In this document: positions 17,559 to 32,527 of the stretch, one piece after another | Position numbering within the stretch: position 1 is the stretch's first letter | How the letters are laid out: each line of letters begins with the position of its first letter | Assembly (NCBI RefSeq): GCF_009914755.1 | Contig: NC_060945.1 | Length of the DNA: 64,000 nt | Reading direction: 5' to 3' (one strand) | DNA from: the human T2T-CHM13v2.0 reference genome, Homo sapiens | Translations under genes and position numbers: made by a program | Notes under the pieces: model-generated | The model's database searches: none | What the model was told of the DNA's origin: nothing | The model's input: the letters and a program-made list of their open reading frames with translations, nothing else

Positions 17559-17862
17559 TTTTTTTTTTTTTTTTTTTTTTGAGACCGAGTCTTGCTCTCC
17601 TGCCCAGGCTGGAGTGCAGTGGCGTGATCTCCACTCACTACAAACTCCGCCTCCCGGGTTCATACCATTCTCCTGCCTCAGCCTCCTGAGTAGCTGGGAC
17701 TACAGGCACATGCCACCACGCCTGGCTAATTTTTTTTTATTTTTAGTAGAGACAGGGTTTCACCGTGTTAGCCAGGACGGTCTCGATCTCCTGACCTCAT
17801 GATCTGCCTGCCTTGGCCTTCCAAAGTGCTGGGATTATAGGCGTAAGCCACCGCACCTGGCC
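17559..17862 (-). mobile_element. AluY
   Basis: Dimer; TSD gagaca(t/a)ggt. Confidence 0.92.
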
Positions 17863-18417
17863 GAGACAAGGTCTTTTCTGAAACATGGCTACTTTCTGGA
17901 AACTTGCATTATTGTGGTATTCGGAATACATTGGGTTACTTTCACAACATGTAAGACTATTAAGTTTGTTCTGTCTTCCTAATACCTTTTACACTACCAC
18001 CCTGAGGAACTAAAAACTCTTTTGCAGTAATTCTTTTAAAAATATTTTTTAAAGTAAGGTAGTGTAATGCCTCCAGCTTTATTCTTTTGGTCAAGATGGC
18101 TTTTGCTATTCAGAGTCTTTTGTGGTTCCATATGATTTTTAGGATTATTTTTCTATTTCTGTGAATAATGCCACTGGCATTTTGATAGGGATTGAATTGA
18201 GTCTGTAGAGGGCTTTGGGTAGTATGGACATTTTAACAATATTAATTCTTCCAATTAATGAACATAGACTATCTTTCCACTTATTACTGTTCTCTTCAAT
18301 TTCTTCCATCAATATTTATAGTTTTCATCGTAGAGATATTTCACCTCCTTGGTTAAATTTATTCCTGGGCATTTTATTTTTTATAGCTATTATAAATGGG
18401 GTTGCCTTCTTAATTTC

Positions 18418-18713
18418 TTTCTTTTTTTTTTTTTTTTGAGACAAGTCTTGCCCTGTCGCCCAGACTGGGGTGCAGTGTCAAGATCACGGCTCACTGCAGC
18501 CTTGACCTCCTGGGCTCAAGTGATCCTTCCGCCTTAGCCTCCCAAGTAGCTGGGACTACAGGTGTCAGCCAGCATGCCTGGTTAACTCAAAAAAATTTTT
18601 TTTTTTGTAGAGACAGGGTCTCCCTATGTTGCCCAGGCTGAACTTGAACTCCTGGGCTCAAGTGATCTTCCATCCTTGGTCTCCCAAAGTGCTGGGATTA
18701 TAGGCACCTGGCC
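18418..18713 (-). mobile_element. AluJ
   Basis: Dimer inside L1. Confidence 0.88.
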
Positions 18714-18764
18714 TTTTAATTTCTTTTTTAGATAGTTTGCTGTCGCTACAGAGAACTACTACTC

Positions 18765-19068
18765 GGCCAGGCGCGGTGGCTCACGCCTATAATTCCAGCA
18801 CTTTGGGAGGCTGAGGTGGGAGGATAGCTTGAGCCCAGGAATTTGAGACCAGCCTGGGCAACATGGCAAAACCTGCCTCTACCAAAAAAAAAAAAAGTTA
18901 GTCAGACAGACATGGTGGCACATGTCTGTAGTCTCAGTTACTCAGGAAGCTGAGGTGGGAGCTGATGCTGGGGGAGGTTGCAGTGAGCCCAGATTGCGCC
19001 ACTGTATTCCAGTGTGGGTGATGGCGCAAGACCCTGTCTCAAAAAACAACAACAACAACAACAACAAA
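18765..19068 (+). mobile_element. Alu (J/S) with (AAC)n tail
   Basis: Dimer inside L1; TSD agaact(a/g)ctact. Confidence 0.88.
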
Positions 19069-19081
19069 GAACTGCTACTGA

Positions 19082-19406
<325 letters not shown>

Positions 19407-19910
19407 TAACTTTACTGATTCATTAATTAGTTCTAACTGGTTTTTGGTGGAGTCTGTAGGGTTTTCTATATATAAGATCACGTCATCTGCAAACAGGGAT
19501 GGTTTGACTTTCTTCTTTCCAATTCGAATGCTCTTTCTTTCTTTCTCTTGCCTAATTGCTCTGGCTAGGACTTCTATTATTATGTTGAATAGAAGTAGTG
19601 AAAGTGGGCATCCTTGCCTTGTTCCAGATTTTAGAGGAAAAGCTTCCAACTTTTTCCTGTTCAGTATGATGTTAGCTGCAGGTTTGTTATACATGGCTTT
19701 TATTATATTGATGTATATTCATTCTATGCCTAATTTATGTAGGATTTTTATCATGAAGGGATGTTACATTTCATTATATGGTTTTTCTGTATCTGTTGAG
19801 ATGATCAGAGGGTTTATGTCCTTCATTCTGTTAATGTGATGTATCACATTTATTGATTTACTTATGTTGAACTATCCTTGCATCCCTGGGATGAACACCA
19901 CTCGATCATG

Positions 19911-21118
<1,208 letters not shown>

Positions 21119-21301
21119 TAGTTAAACTACTATATGAACCACCATTTTCACATAAAATTTAAAGGAAAGTACTGTAATTTGAGGAGTTTCATTTGAGTAA
21201 TTTTGTTCATTAAGTCTCACTGAAAATAACGTCATTTAAAAGTGGGTTTATTGCAGATAAAAATACACTAACTACTTTAATGATTAAACATTTTTTCTTA
21301 C

Positions 21302-21367
21302 CTTTTCTTGAAATACAAATGTTATTTCTTCATCTGTGGAACTCTGTTGGAAATATAAGCCTTTCAT
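21302..21367 (-). CDS. CRYZL1: CRYZL1 exon 2 coding part with start codon (MKGLYFQQSSTDEEITFVFQEK); whole exon 21302-21373
   Basis: tttttag|GTGACT ATG AAA GGC...GAA AAG|gtaaga; ACTATGA context has A at -3. Confidence 0.95.
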
Positions 21368-21856
21368 AGTCACCTAAAAATAAATATATATAAATGAAAT
21401 AAAATAACAAGTCTTCCAGACTAAATGTAAGCAAAAATGGAAAAACAGTGCTGGCAAAGGATAAAACGACAACTACAAATGTAGTTTTCAAATAAGTAAA
21501 TTTAAAAAATCTTTCACAAAGTGATCAAATAAGAGAATATGCAACACTCTCTGGGCACCTGTCTTACTGAGAATGGGTTTACAGTTCAACCTTTTACTAC
21601 AAAGGCAAACATGCTTCATTTTACTTTCCTATACAATAAAAAAGATTACTTAAAAGAAGCCTTATGATGGCCAGAGAAACTCAATTTTATTTACCTTTTA
21701 TTAAATTTTCCTTTAATTACCGTTTATGAAAGGCTTTCGAAGTCTTAAAGATCATTAAAAAGGAGAAAGTGAACAGCCAAGACACCGGTTGAAAATTGTG
21801 GCCCTAATTCTTCTGTATCAGTCTATAAACCATTTAATGGAAGTATTTAAACTTAT

Positions 21857-22539
<683 letters not shown>

Positions 22540-22569
22540 TAATTTTCAGAGTAATTATGTGGTAAGACT

Positions 22570-23030
22570 ATTTTTTATGCAAATTTTACAGAAGTATAAA
22601 ATATAGAAAAGTACACAAATCCTTGAAGCGCATAACTTGTTGAATTTTACAGTGTGAATATGCCCACATCATGGCAGGAGACACATCATCATACACCTCC
22701 AGAAGTTCCCTGTGTCCCCTTCTCCTCCTAAGGAGACCCAATATCCTAAATTTTAACAGCACAGATTAGTTTTGTCTGCTTTTGAACTTTATATAAATAA
22801 AATTATACTCTTTAATGTCTGTTTTCTTTCTTTCTATATTAGGTTTGTGAGTCTCACTCATGTTGTTACTTGTAGTTGTATTCCATTCATTCGTATTGCT
22901 ACATAGTACTCCACTGTATAAACAAATTGCTATTTATCCATTCCACTATAGACAGACACTTGAATTGTTTCCAGTTTGGGGCTCTTATGAATTGTTCTGT
23001 TAAAAACATTCTTGTATATACTTTTTGGTA
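22570..23030 (-). mobile_element. L1ME-type fragment
   Basis: Degenerate L1ME 3' motifs. Confidence 0.55.
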
Positions 23031-23231
23031 AGAATACTATTATTTCATTTATTCTATGAATGAGGAAAGTGAGTCTTAGCTTAAAGCATGTAGCTGGTGT
23101 CTCATAGCACCAGCTGGGCCAGAACTGGGATATAAACTAGGTGCTACTTCTTCCAAAGTCATTACTCCTAACCATGGCTTTTAATGGTTTCCTACTGAGC
23201 TGCTAACATTAGATATATCAATTAAAGTTGA

Positions 23232-23528
<297 letters not shown>

Positions 23529-23571
23529 TAAAGTGGAATACCTTTAAGATAATAATTAAGTACCTATTGAT

Positions 23572-23739
23572 AGTTCTGGCTACATAATTTGCAGAGCCTA
23601 GTGCAAAATGGAAATGTGGGAAGCCTTGTCTAGAAATTATTAGAATTTCAAGATAGCAGAGCATGAAATCAAGCAAAAGTCTCTTCTGAATCTGAGGTCA
23701 GTGAGACTGCATAGGCCATATGTCCATAAAGCCAGCCCT
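23572..23739 (-). mobile_element. MER91A-like (hAT-Tip100)
   Basis: ctggctacataatttgcagagcctagtgcaaaatg...ccataaagccagccct. Confidence 0.65.
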
Positions 23740-24683
23740 CTGTGTTGAATGTTAGTGGATCTACTTGGATCCAAATACGTAAAGAGTTTTTACAGAGTGT
23801 AGTTGAGCAATGGTTGTTGGTTTCTCGGACGTGATAATCAAACGCTGGAATTAACAGAAATGAATACACATTCAAGACATATATAGAAATTACGTATGTA
23901 GCATGTATCAATGAAGTATATAAAAGCAGGATTAAGCTAGGTTAAATGATTAATTCTAACGCTTTGGTTGCAGAAGGTCTTTGTGTCAATGTTTTTGTTT
24001 GGGGGCTGGGGAGAACCGAAGCATGGATACAACATTTACGTATTCCCTCCAGCATTAAATCTAACCTCCTTTGAAGGCTCTCTAAAATGCATACTCTCTC
24101 TCCCTACTCTACCTTACTGCTTCCACAATGTCCAAGCACATACCCTCTATCTAGTTAGTATGACTTTACATCATATGGTTACCCCATCTCAGAGCTTCTA
24201 GGCATGGCCTGTTCTCTGACAGAATGCTGTAATTTAGATTCTGCTAAGTAAATAAAGTTCAAGTTCTACCCCCTCTCTGGAATCATCCCCAGTGACACTC
24301 ACTCCATTTGTTCCATGCTTCCCGATTTCATTACACACTAATGAAACCTTGCTTTATTTATTTACTAACTAGCGGGCTTTCCCAACCATTGCCTGGGAAA
24401 TATATCCATTATTATTAAATAAAAAAAAAAACAACTCTGTTCCTACTCAGTCTGGAGTTACTAGAATTGCCTTTTTGAGAAGTGGAACAATTACGTATCA
24501 ATGCCTTGATTTCAAAGCATCTTGCTTTGTGATACTGGAAGCTACTGTTTTCTCTGCCCATTGAATCTTGAAATATATGGCATGTCTCCCAGATAAGCAG
24601 TCACATGGACCTTAGACTGTGCCCCAATTTCAAAGACCCTGGAAGATAACTGCTTGTTTGTACCCCTAGTATCCCTTAAAACA

Positions 24684-24696
<13 letters not shown>

Positions 24697-24719
<23 letters not shown>
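24697..24719. repeat. (AT)n microsatellite
   Basis: Read directly. Confidence 0.9.
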
Positions 24720-25142
24720 AAATAATGGCAATATTTTTAGTCACATCATCCTAAATAGTTTCTCTAAATTAGGTGAAAATTGCCCTGGTTGGTGGAAAAA
24801 AGTAATGTTCAGTTGGTCCAATTGAGAATTGTATGGGAACAAAAATATCCTTAAAGTTACAAAGTAAAGAAAGAGAGGTGTTTTTACAAAAGTAGCCAGA
24901 AGAAAACTGAGGAAATATTTGTCTTGAAAGCCCAAAAAAAGAATACTGAGTTCCTAGTACTAGGAAAATGGTAGAATGGATGGTATTCAAGGCCCACATG
25001 GTTTCCTAGGCAGATTAAATAAAACAGTCTATTACGTAACAAAATTGTATTTCATTTTATTTTTTGTTTTTTGTCTCACACTCTGCCAAGTCTCATGTTA
25101 TTTAATAAAATTTGTATTGACTTAAAATACATTTGCACATAG

Positions 25143-25865
<723 letters not shown>

Positions 25866-25927
25866 TCAAAATTATAAGTTCTACTATAAATTTTACTATA
25901 CCAAAAAAGTATGATATAAAACTTTTT

Positions 25928-26180
25928 GCCCAGAGTGGTGGCTCACACCTGTCATCCCAACAATTTGGGAGGAGGCTGGGGTAGGAGGACTGCTTCAGCC
26001 CAGGAGTTCCACAGCCTGGGCAACAAAGCAAGACCCTGTCTCTTAAAATACAATAAATAAATAAATAAGCCTGGCGTAGTGGTGCTCACCTGTAGTTCTA
26101 TCTAGGCATTGGAGGCTGCTTTGAGCTATAATCAACACTGCACTCCAGCCTGGACAACAGAGTGAAACCCTGTCTCTTAA
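25928..26180 (+). mobile_element. AluJ, degenerate
   Basis: Diverged dimer. Confidence 0.8.
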
Positions 26181-26570
26181 ACATACAAAACTTTTTAATT
26201 ACAATAAACCTGTTTAAAAATGTAGGCTGATATAGCCTGTGAAAAGCATAGAAATTTTATACTTTTACAGGTATATCAGAATTTCAAAATGTTTGAATTA
26301 ATCCACAAACTGAGGATTATGTTAGTAATACTATAAATTTTTATATTGGCCATACAGTAAACTTACTAAAAAATCTGGAGAAACAAAAATTAAGGAGATA
26401 ATACCAATTTAGAATAATTTTTAGCAAAAGCAGAACGAGAACTTTGCATAAATTAAACACTTGACTACAAACACTTCAAGAAAGTAGTTAATAAAAATAC
26501 TGATCTGTTAAGGGATTTCTAAAAAATCAATGGGAAGTAGTTTCAAATGGTTTCATCCTTCTTATAATAG

Positions 26571-26813
<243 letters not shown>

Positions 26814-26978
26814 TAGTTGTAAATAAAACCTCTACAAATCATTCCTTACCTACACTTTCAGGCCAAAAGTGTTTTGAGCATCAGACCAACTTCAAATTTA
26901 ACAGACACAAAGCTGGACTCATCTTTCCCCCAAACAAGATTTTGCTGTACTCTCTAGTCATCAAGAATAATTTAGATC

Positions 26979-27296
<318 letters not shown>

Positions 27297-27547
27297 TCAC
27301 CTTCACCTCAATGCCTGGGGCTCGGGCTGTGGCGATAGGCTGCCAAATGCTTTCAATACTCTCCCTCATTCAACTCATCTATTCCCCTATGGTTAATTTA
27401 ATTCCTGAAAGTCCAAACTCCTCTTCTTACATGCTCAAATTTTTATTAGTCCCCAACACAAACTTTATAATACTATGGCCACTCCAGGTTCAGAGTTCGG
27501 TTATAATGTTTCTAACCTACCTTCATTTTTAAGGAAAGCAAAGATAT

Positions 27548-27571
27548 ATATAAACAGCTACACAAGAGAAA

Positions 27572-27617
<46 letters not shown>

Positions 27618-27644
27618 TATAAACAGCTAGACAAGAGAAAAACA
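27548..27644. repeat. (AT)n(AC)n microsatellite between 28-bp direct repeats
   Basis: atataaacagcta(c/g)acaagagaaaaaca at 27548-27575 and 27617-27644. Confidence 0.9.
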
Positions 27645-27838
27645 GATGAAGTCAACTCTGAAATGTGGCCCTGTATGCTCAACCTGGTCACCATGCCAGG
27701 CTCTCTTGGGCAGTATCCAATACCCTATTACCCATCCATCGTTGGGACCTGTGCATAGCATTATAATACTAGCTGGATTGTTAGGGGGAAATCTTCAGTT
27801 ATATTTTGATCATTTGGGAAAAGGTGAATTAATGTTAA

Positions 27839-28326
<488 letters not shown>

Positions 28327-29639
28327 TGCTTCTTAAAGAGGGTAGTGAATGCATGGTTATAACAGTTGAGGATATCTCTACATGGTATAGTCAACAGTCT
28401 CTAGAAATATGTATATTCAAAGGACACTTTGCACTAGCAATGAGTCCACAGGTGTTTTGGGTGTTTTGCTGTGCACAACTGCAGTGCTCTTTTGTGCCTG
28501 TTATTATATAAGATGGGCACAGGAGATATTGTGACAGTGGCTTATATCTGGCTAAACCTTGTAAAGCAATTCCAGCTGATAATATAAGAACTTTAGGCAT
28601 TATAACTTAAAACTAAATGGAAAATGCGTAACATTAGATGGTCCCTATCACTAGAGGGACTGAAACAGAGGATGGGTACATATTACACAGGCTTCATAAA
28701 GCAGATTCCAGAGTCAACTGAGTGGGACAGGTGGATCAAATGACCATTTAGTTCTCTTCTAATTGTGACAATCTTGATAAATATTATCAAGGCATATTCG
28801 ATTGAATTTATACATGTGTGGCATAATCTCTACATCTTATGCAACTTGAGATCTAAAGATAGATAAAGGAGCAGAAAAGGAAAATTGTTTCTTTTTTGCC
28901 TACAGTGGCTCTCAACAAAGAACTCTTTTGGATCTCAAAAGAATTTTTGATGACCTCCCCACCTCCATGAGGGATTTATTTTATTATCTGTTGATTTTCA
29001 GGTGGCATTTTGACTTAAGAGTCTAGGGTTTCTTACATGACCAATTCCCCACCCATATCTCTGGGGGTTGGAGACGTGGGATGGTCATTATCCCAAAGAT
29101 CTGAAAATCTCTGATCCAGTTACTATTCAATGTAGGGCTATTTAATATAATATGATCCAGAACAACAGAAACTTAACTTTCATTTATATTTTTGAATGAG
29201 CATCTTATTTTCCTATATTGTACTACTGGGGAACAAGGGAGCGAACGGTGTGATGAATGAGTCTTCCCTTTATAAGGTGGCTTAATTATGTGACTCTGGG
29301 ACAATGCAGGTGGAGGCCTCTGGTGATGAGAATAACTAATTGAGGGATCCTCCCGAAACTCTACCACACAACAGTTACTCGCTCCCCTCCAATCCATTTA
29401 ACTGACTTTCTTTTCCACCTACTAACATTATTGAAGTTTGTAAATGCTTAATTTTCCAGTTCACTAGAGGATTGTAGAGAAACCACTTCTTGCTTCAAAT
29501 GAAAAATATGAATTGTAATTTTGATTAAATATTTACTAATTCAAAAATCAAGAGAAAATAATTTCATGTCTTTATTATGCATAAAATGGAAGACTTTTTT
29601 TTTTGTAAAATACCATATTTTAGCATATATAGATGTGTA

Positions 29640-29939
29640 TTTTTTTTTTTTTTTTTGAGACAGGGTCTCACTCTGTTGCCCAGGCTAGAGTGTGGTGGTC
29701 GTGATCTTGGCTCACTGTAACCTCCGCCTCCCGGGTTCAAGCAATTCTCCTGCCTCAGCCTCCTGAGTAGCTGGAATTACAGGCGTGCACCACCATGCCC
29801 GGCTAATTTCTGTATTTTTAGTAGACACGGGGTTTCACCATGTTGGCCAGGCTGGTCTCGAACTCCTGGCCTCAAGTGATCCACCCGCCTAGGCCTCCCA
29901 AAGTGCTGGGATTACAGGCGTGAGCCACCACGCTCGGCC
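29640..29939 (-). mobile_element. AluS
   Basis: Dimer; TSD atgtgtattttt. Confidence 0.92.
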
Positions 29940-30179
29940 AATATGTGTATTTTTGCTCTTCTGCTCATAAAACTCTCCTGAGCTCAATGTAGTTCATTGG
30001 GTCTACAAAAAGAGCATAGTTAATCTTAGAAATATTTCATTGCACAAGGCTGGCAGCTTTATCTTGTATGGCGAACTACCTCACTTTCAAATCTAAACGT
30101 CTTATCCCCTGCTGTAAGCTGGAACAGAGGCATCGATAAGGGAAATTAGTGATAAAAGGTAGTAATTATACACTGCAAT

Positions 30180-30412
30180 GGCTGCGGGATCTGATTTAGA
30201 AGTCATAACTGACCCGAGTTTGAATCGGGGCTTTCCTACTTATTAGCGGTATGACTTTGGGCTACTTAATTTTAACCTTTCTGGGCCTGAGATCCCATAT
30301 CTTAGATAATAATAGCAGTTATCTCAGAGGGTTGCCATAAGGATTAAATAATACCTGCAAAGCACTCAGCGCAACATCATACTTTCAGAAATGTTGGCTA
30401 TTTTGACTATTA
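30180..30412 (+). mobile_element. MIR
   Basis: gagtttgaatc...cttattagcggtatgactttgggc...gagggttgccataaggattaaata. Confidence 0.65.
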
Positions 30413-30539
30413 TTTCTGTAAATTGGGCACATCTCAATTACAGAGAATCTCTAAAGTAGTTCTGAATCCCATCTCATAGAGTTGCAAAGGGTTTGGTCAA
30501 TGCAACCTTATTTTTCCCACCTTTTAATTTCTGCAGTAG

Positions 30540-30886
30540 GCTACTGTAGCAGCCACTAGCACAGGTGGCTATTGAGCACTCCAACTGTGTCTAGTCGGAA
30601 TTGAGATGCGCTGTTAAGTGGAAAATACACATCAGATTTTGAAGATTTAATTTTGAAGAATTAATTTTTTAATTTAATTTTGAAGATTTAATACGAAGAA
30701 AAGAACGTAAAATCTCAATTTTTAAATATTTGTTTAAGCGTTGAAATGATAATGTCTCAGATATACTAGGCTAAATGAAACATATAATTAAAATTAATTT
30801 CACGTGTTTCTTTTCACTTTTTAAATGTAGCTACCCCAAAATTAAAATGACATAAGGGACTCGCATTATATTTGTACTGGACAGAG
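30540..30886. mobile_element. MER33-like (hAT-Charlie)
   Basis: agccactagcacaggtggctattgagcact...attatatttgtactggacag. Confidence 0.7.
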
Positions 30887-30902
30887 TTCAGGTAAAACCT
30901 TT

Positions 30903-31040
30903 CTACTCATAACGTGGACAGCAGCACCTGGGAGCTTCTTAGAAACGCAGATGTTCGGCCCCGACCCAGACCTATCCCAAGGCGATGCTTACATCTCGCT
31001 CCAGATGATTCCGCCGTTTAGCATAATGAAGAGGGCCGAT
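30903..31040. mobile_element. MER5A-like fragment
   Basis: cagcagcacctgggagcttcttagaaacgcaga...cccagaccta. Confidence 0.55.
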
Positions 31041-31494
31041 CTGGCTCAAAAGCCACATACAGCGAATAACTACTAACTGCTTTCCGAAAACAGCAAAGTG
31101 ATGAGGAAGAAAGAAGTGGCTGAGAAGAAGTAACAGAGAAAGAAAAAGACACTCAAATTCTAGGAACAAGAAGCAGAGGAGAAAAACCCAACCTGGGAGA
31201 TTAAGTGGAAGGGCACTCCCAGACCTCTGCCTCCATAAAAGTAGAGGGAGATGCAAACTGAGATAAGACCTACAATCAAAACCCGTCAAGGTCCAGGAAA
31301 CTGTCCCTCAAATCTAGTCTTACCCACCCCTCAGCGGCCTCAGCTAAGCTAGGCCTGGGCCCGAACAAGTCCCAGGTTAGGGTTCGACGCGAACCACCAT
31401 CCTCCCCAGGGCTGCACGGTTCTGTGGGGCATCTCTCCACCTTTCGCTTAAAGGCCCGTTTCCCAAGACACAGGACGCGTTTCCCGGGGCTCAC

Positions 31495-31560
31495 CTGCCT
31501 CTGAGCCGCCCCAACGGCCTGCACCTTCACCACCGCCACCTTCCAGTCCTTCGTCAGAGA
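31495..31560 (-). other. CRYZL1: CRYZL1 exon 1 (non-coding; TSS approximate)
   Basis: Strong donor CAG|GTGAGC at 31495/31494 at the CpG island edge, downstream of GC box and CCAAT box; matches recalled mRNA 5' end. Confidence 0.8.
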
Positions 31561-31638
31561 GCCCGCCCCCTGCTCCCATTGGTCAGGCCGCTCGTCACTC
31601 CTGAAGGGCGGGGTCGGACTCGCGAGGCTGTCCAGAAC

Positions 31639-31650
31639 GCCATGGCAACC
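31639..31650. promoter_or_regulatory. RFX X-box-like site GCCATGGCAACC
   Basis: Matches the right 11 nt of the GTTGCCATGGCAAC palindrome. Confidence 0.45.
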
Positions 31651-31659
31651 GGTCTCGGA

Positions 31660-31677
31660 ACTACATCTCCCGTCATG
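31660..31677 (+). promoter_or_regulatory. ZNF143(Staf)/THAP11-HCF1 type motif ACTACATCTCCCGTCATG
   Basis: Fits ACTAYRNNNCCCR / ACTACAnnTCCC, a motif known to be enriched in bidirectional promoters. Confidence 0.7.
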
Positions 31678-32289
31678 TTCCGCTCGGGGGCGGAGAAAGA
31701 GGCGAGGCCCCGCCCCAAGGACTACCAATAAATGGGCGAAGTTGGAATCGCCCGGATGGGTTCCGTTTTATGCAAATTTTAGCCGAAGACCACACCCTTC
31801 CTCATTCCAACCATAGGCCCGGCCAACCCCTTTGGGTTGTGCTTCGCCTTTTTCCTTTCCACATTATTCTCTCCTTGAAAACCTCCAATAATTAAGTCAA
31901 TTAAGTGCATCCTATCTAGTGTCTCTCACGGCAACGAGCAGATGCACCGAAATCGTGCAACAAAATCTCCATAAACCACGATAGGCAACCTCAGACCATA
32001 AATCTCCTGTTACGCCTACATGGGGAGGAGGGGGAGAGTGCTAATCCTGCCCCCACACAGCCCCTGCTGATTGGCTCATTCGGCTTGTCACTCTGTTGTC
32101 TTACATTTCTTTGGCTCACCCTCTTTGGGTTCGCACGGTGGGCGGGGCCAGTGGTAGGGGGTGGTGAGAAGGTGCGGGCCCCTTCTTCCAATTGGCTGGC
32201 GGTTTCCCCACCCACTTATGGGCGGAGATGGATGGTGGATGGGGGGCGGGGGAGGCAGCGGAGGGAGATGAGGAGATAGGCGGGAGCGA

Positions 32290-32527
32290 GGGAGCGAGGG
32301 AGGGAGCGAAGGAGGTAGAGAAGAGTGGAGGCGCCAGGGGAGGGAGCGTAGCTTGGTTGCTCCGTAGTACGGCGGCTCGCGAGGAAGAATCCCGAGCGGG
32401 CTCCGGGACGGACAGAGAGGCGGGCGGGGATGGTGTGCGGGGCTGCGGCTCCTGCGTCCCTCCCAGCGGCGCGTGAGCGGCACTGATTTGTCCCTGGGGC
32501 GGCAGCGCGGACCCGCCCGGAGATGAG
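32290..32527 (+). other. ITSN1: ITSN1 exon 1 (non-coding 5' UTR; TSS approximate)
   Basis: Matches recalled intersectin-1 mRNA leader (...GGACCCGCCCGGAGATGAG); donor GAG|GTGAGG at 32527/32528; known head-to-head with CRYZL1. Confidence 0.85.

Noticed and set aside
31660-32000. Hidden snRNA-type gene suggested by ZNF143 site plus octamer
   Set aside because: I recognised no proximal sequence element or snRNA/snoRNA body nearby.
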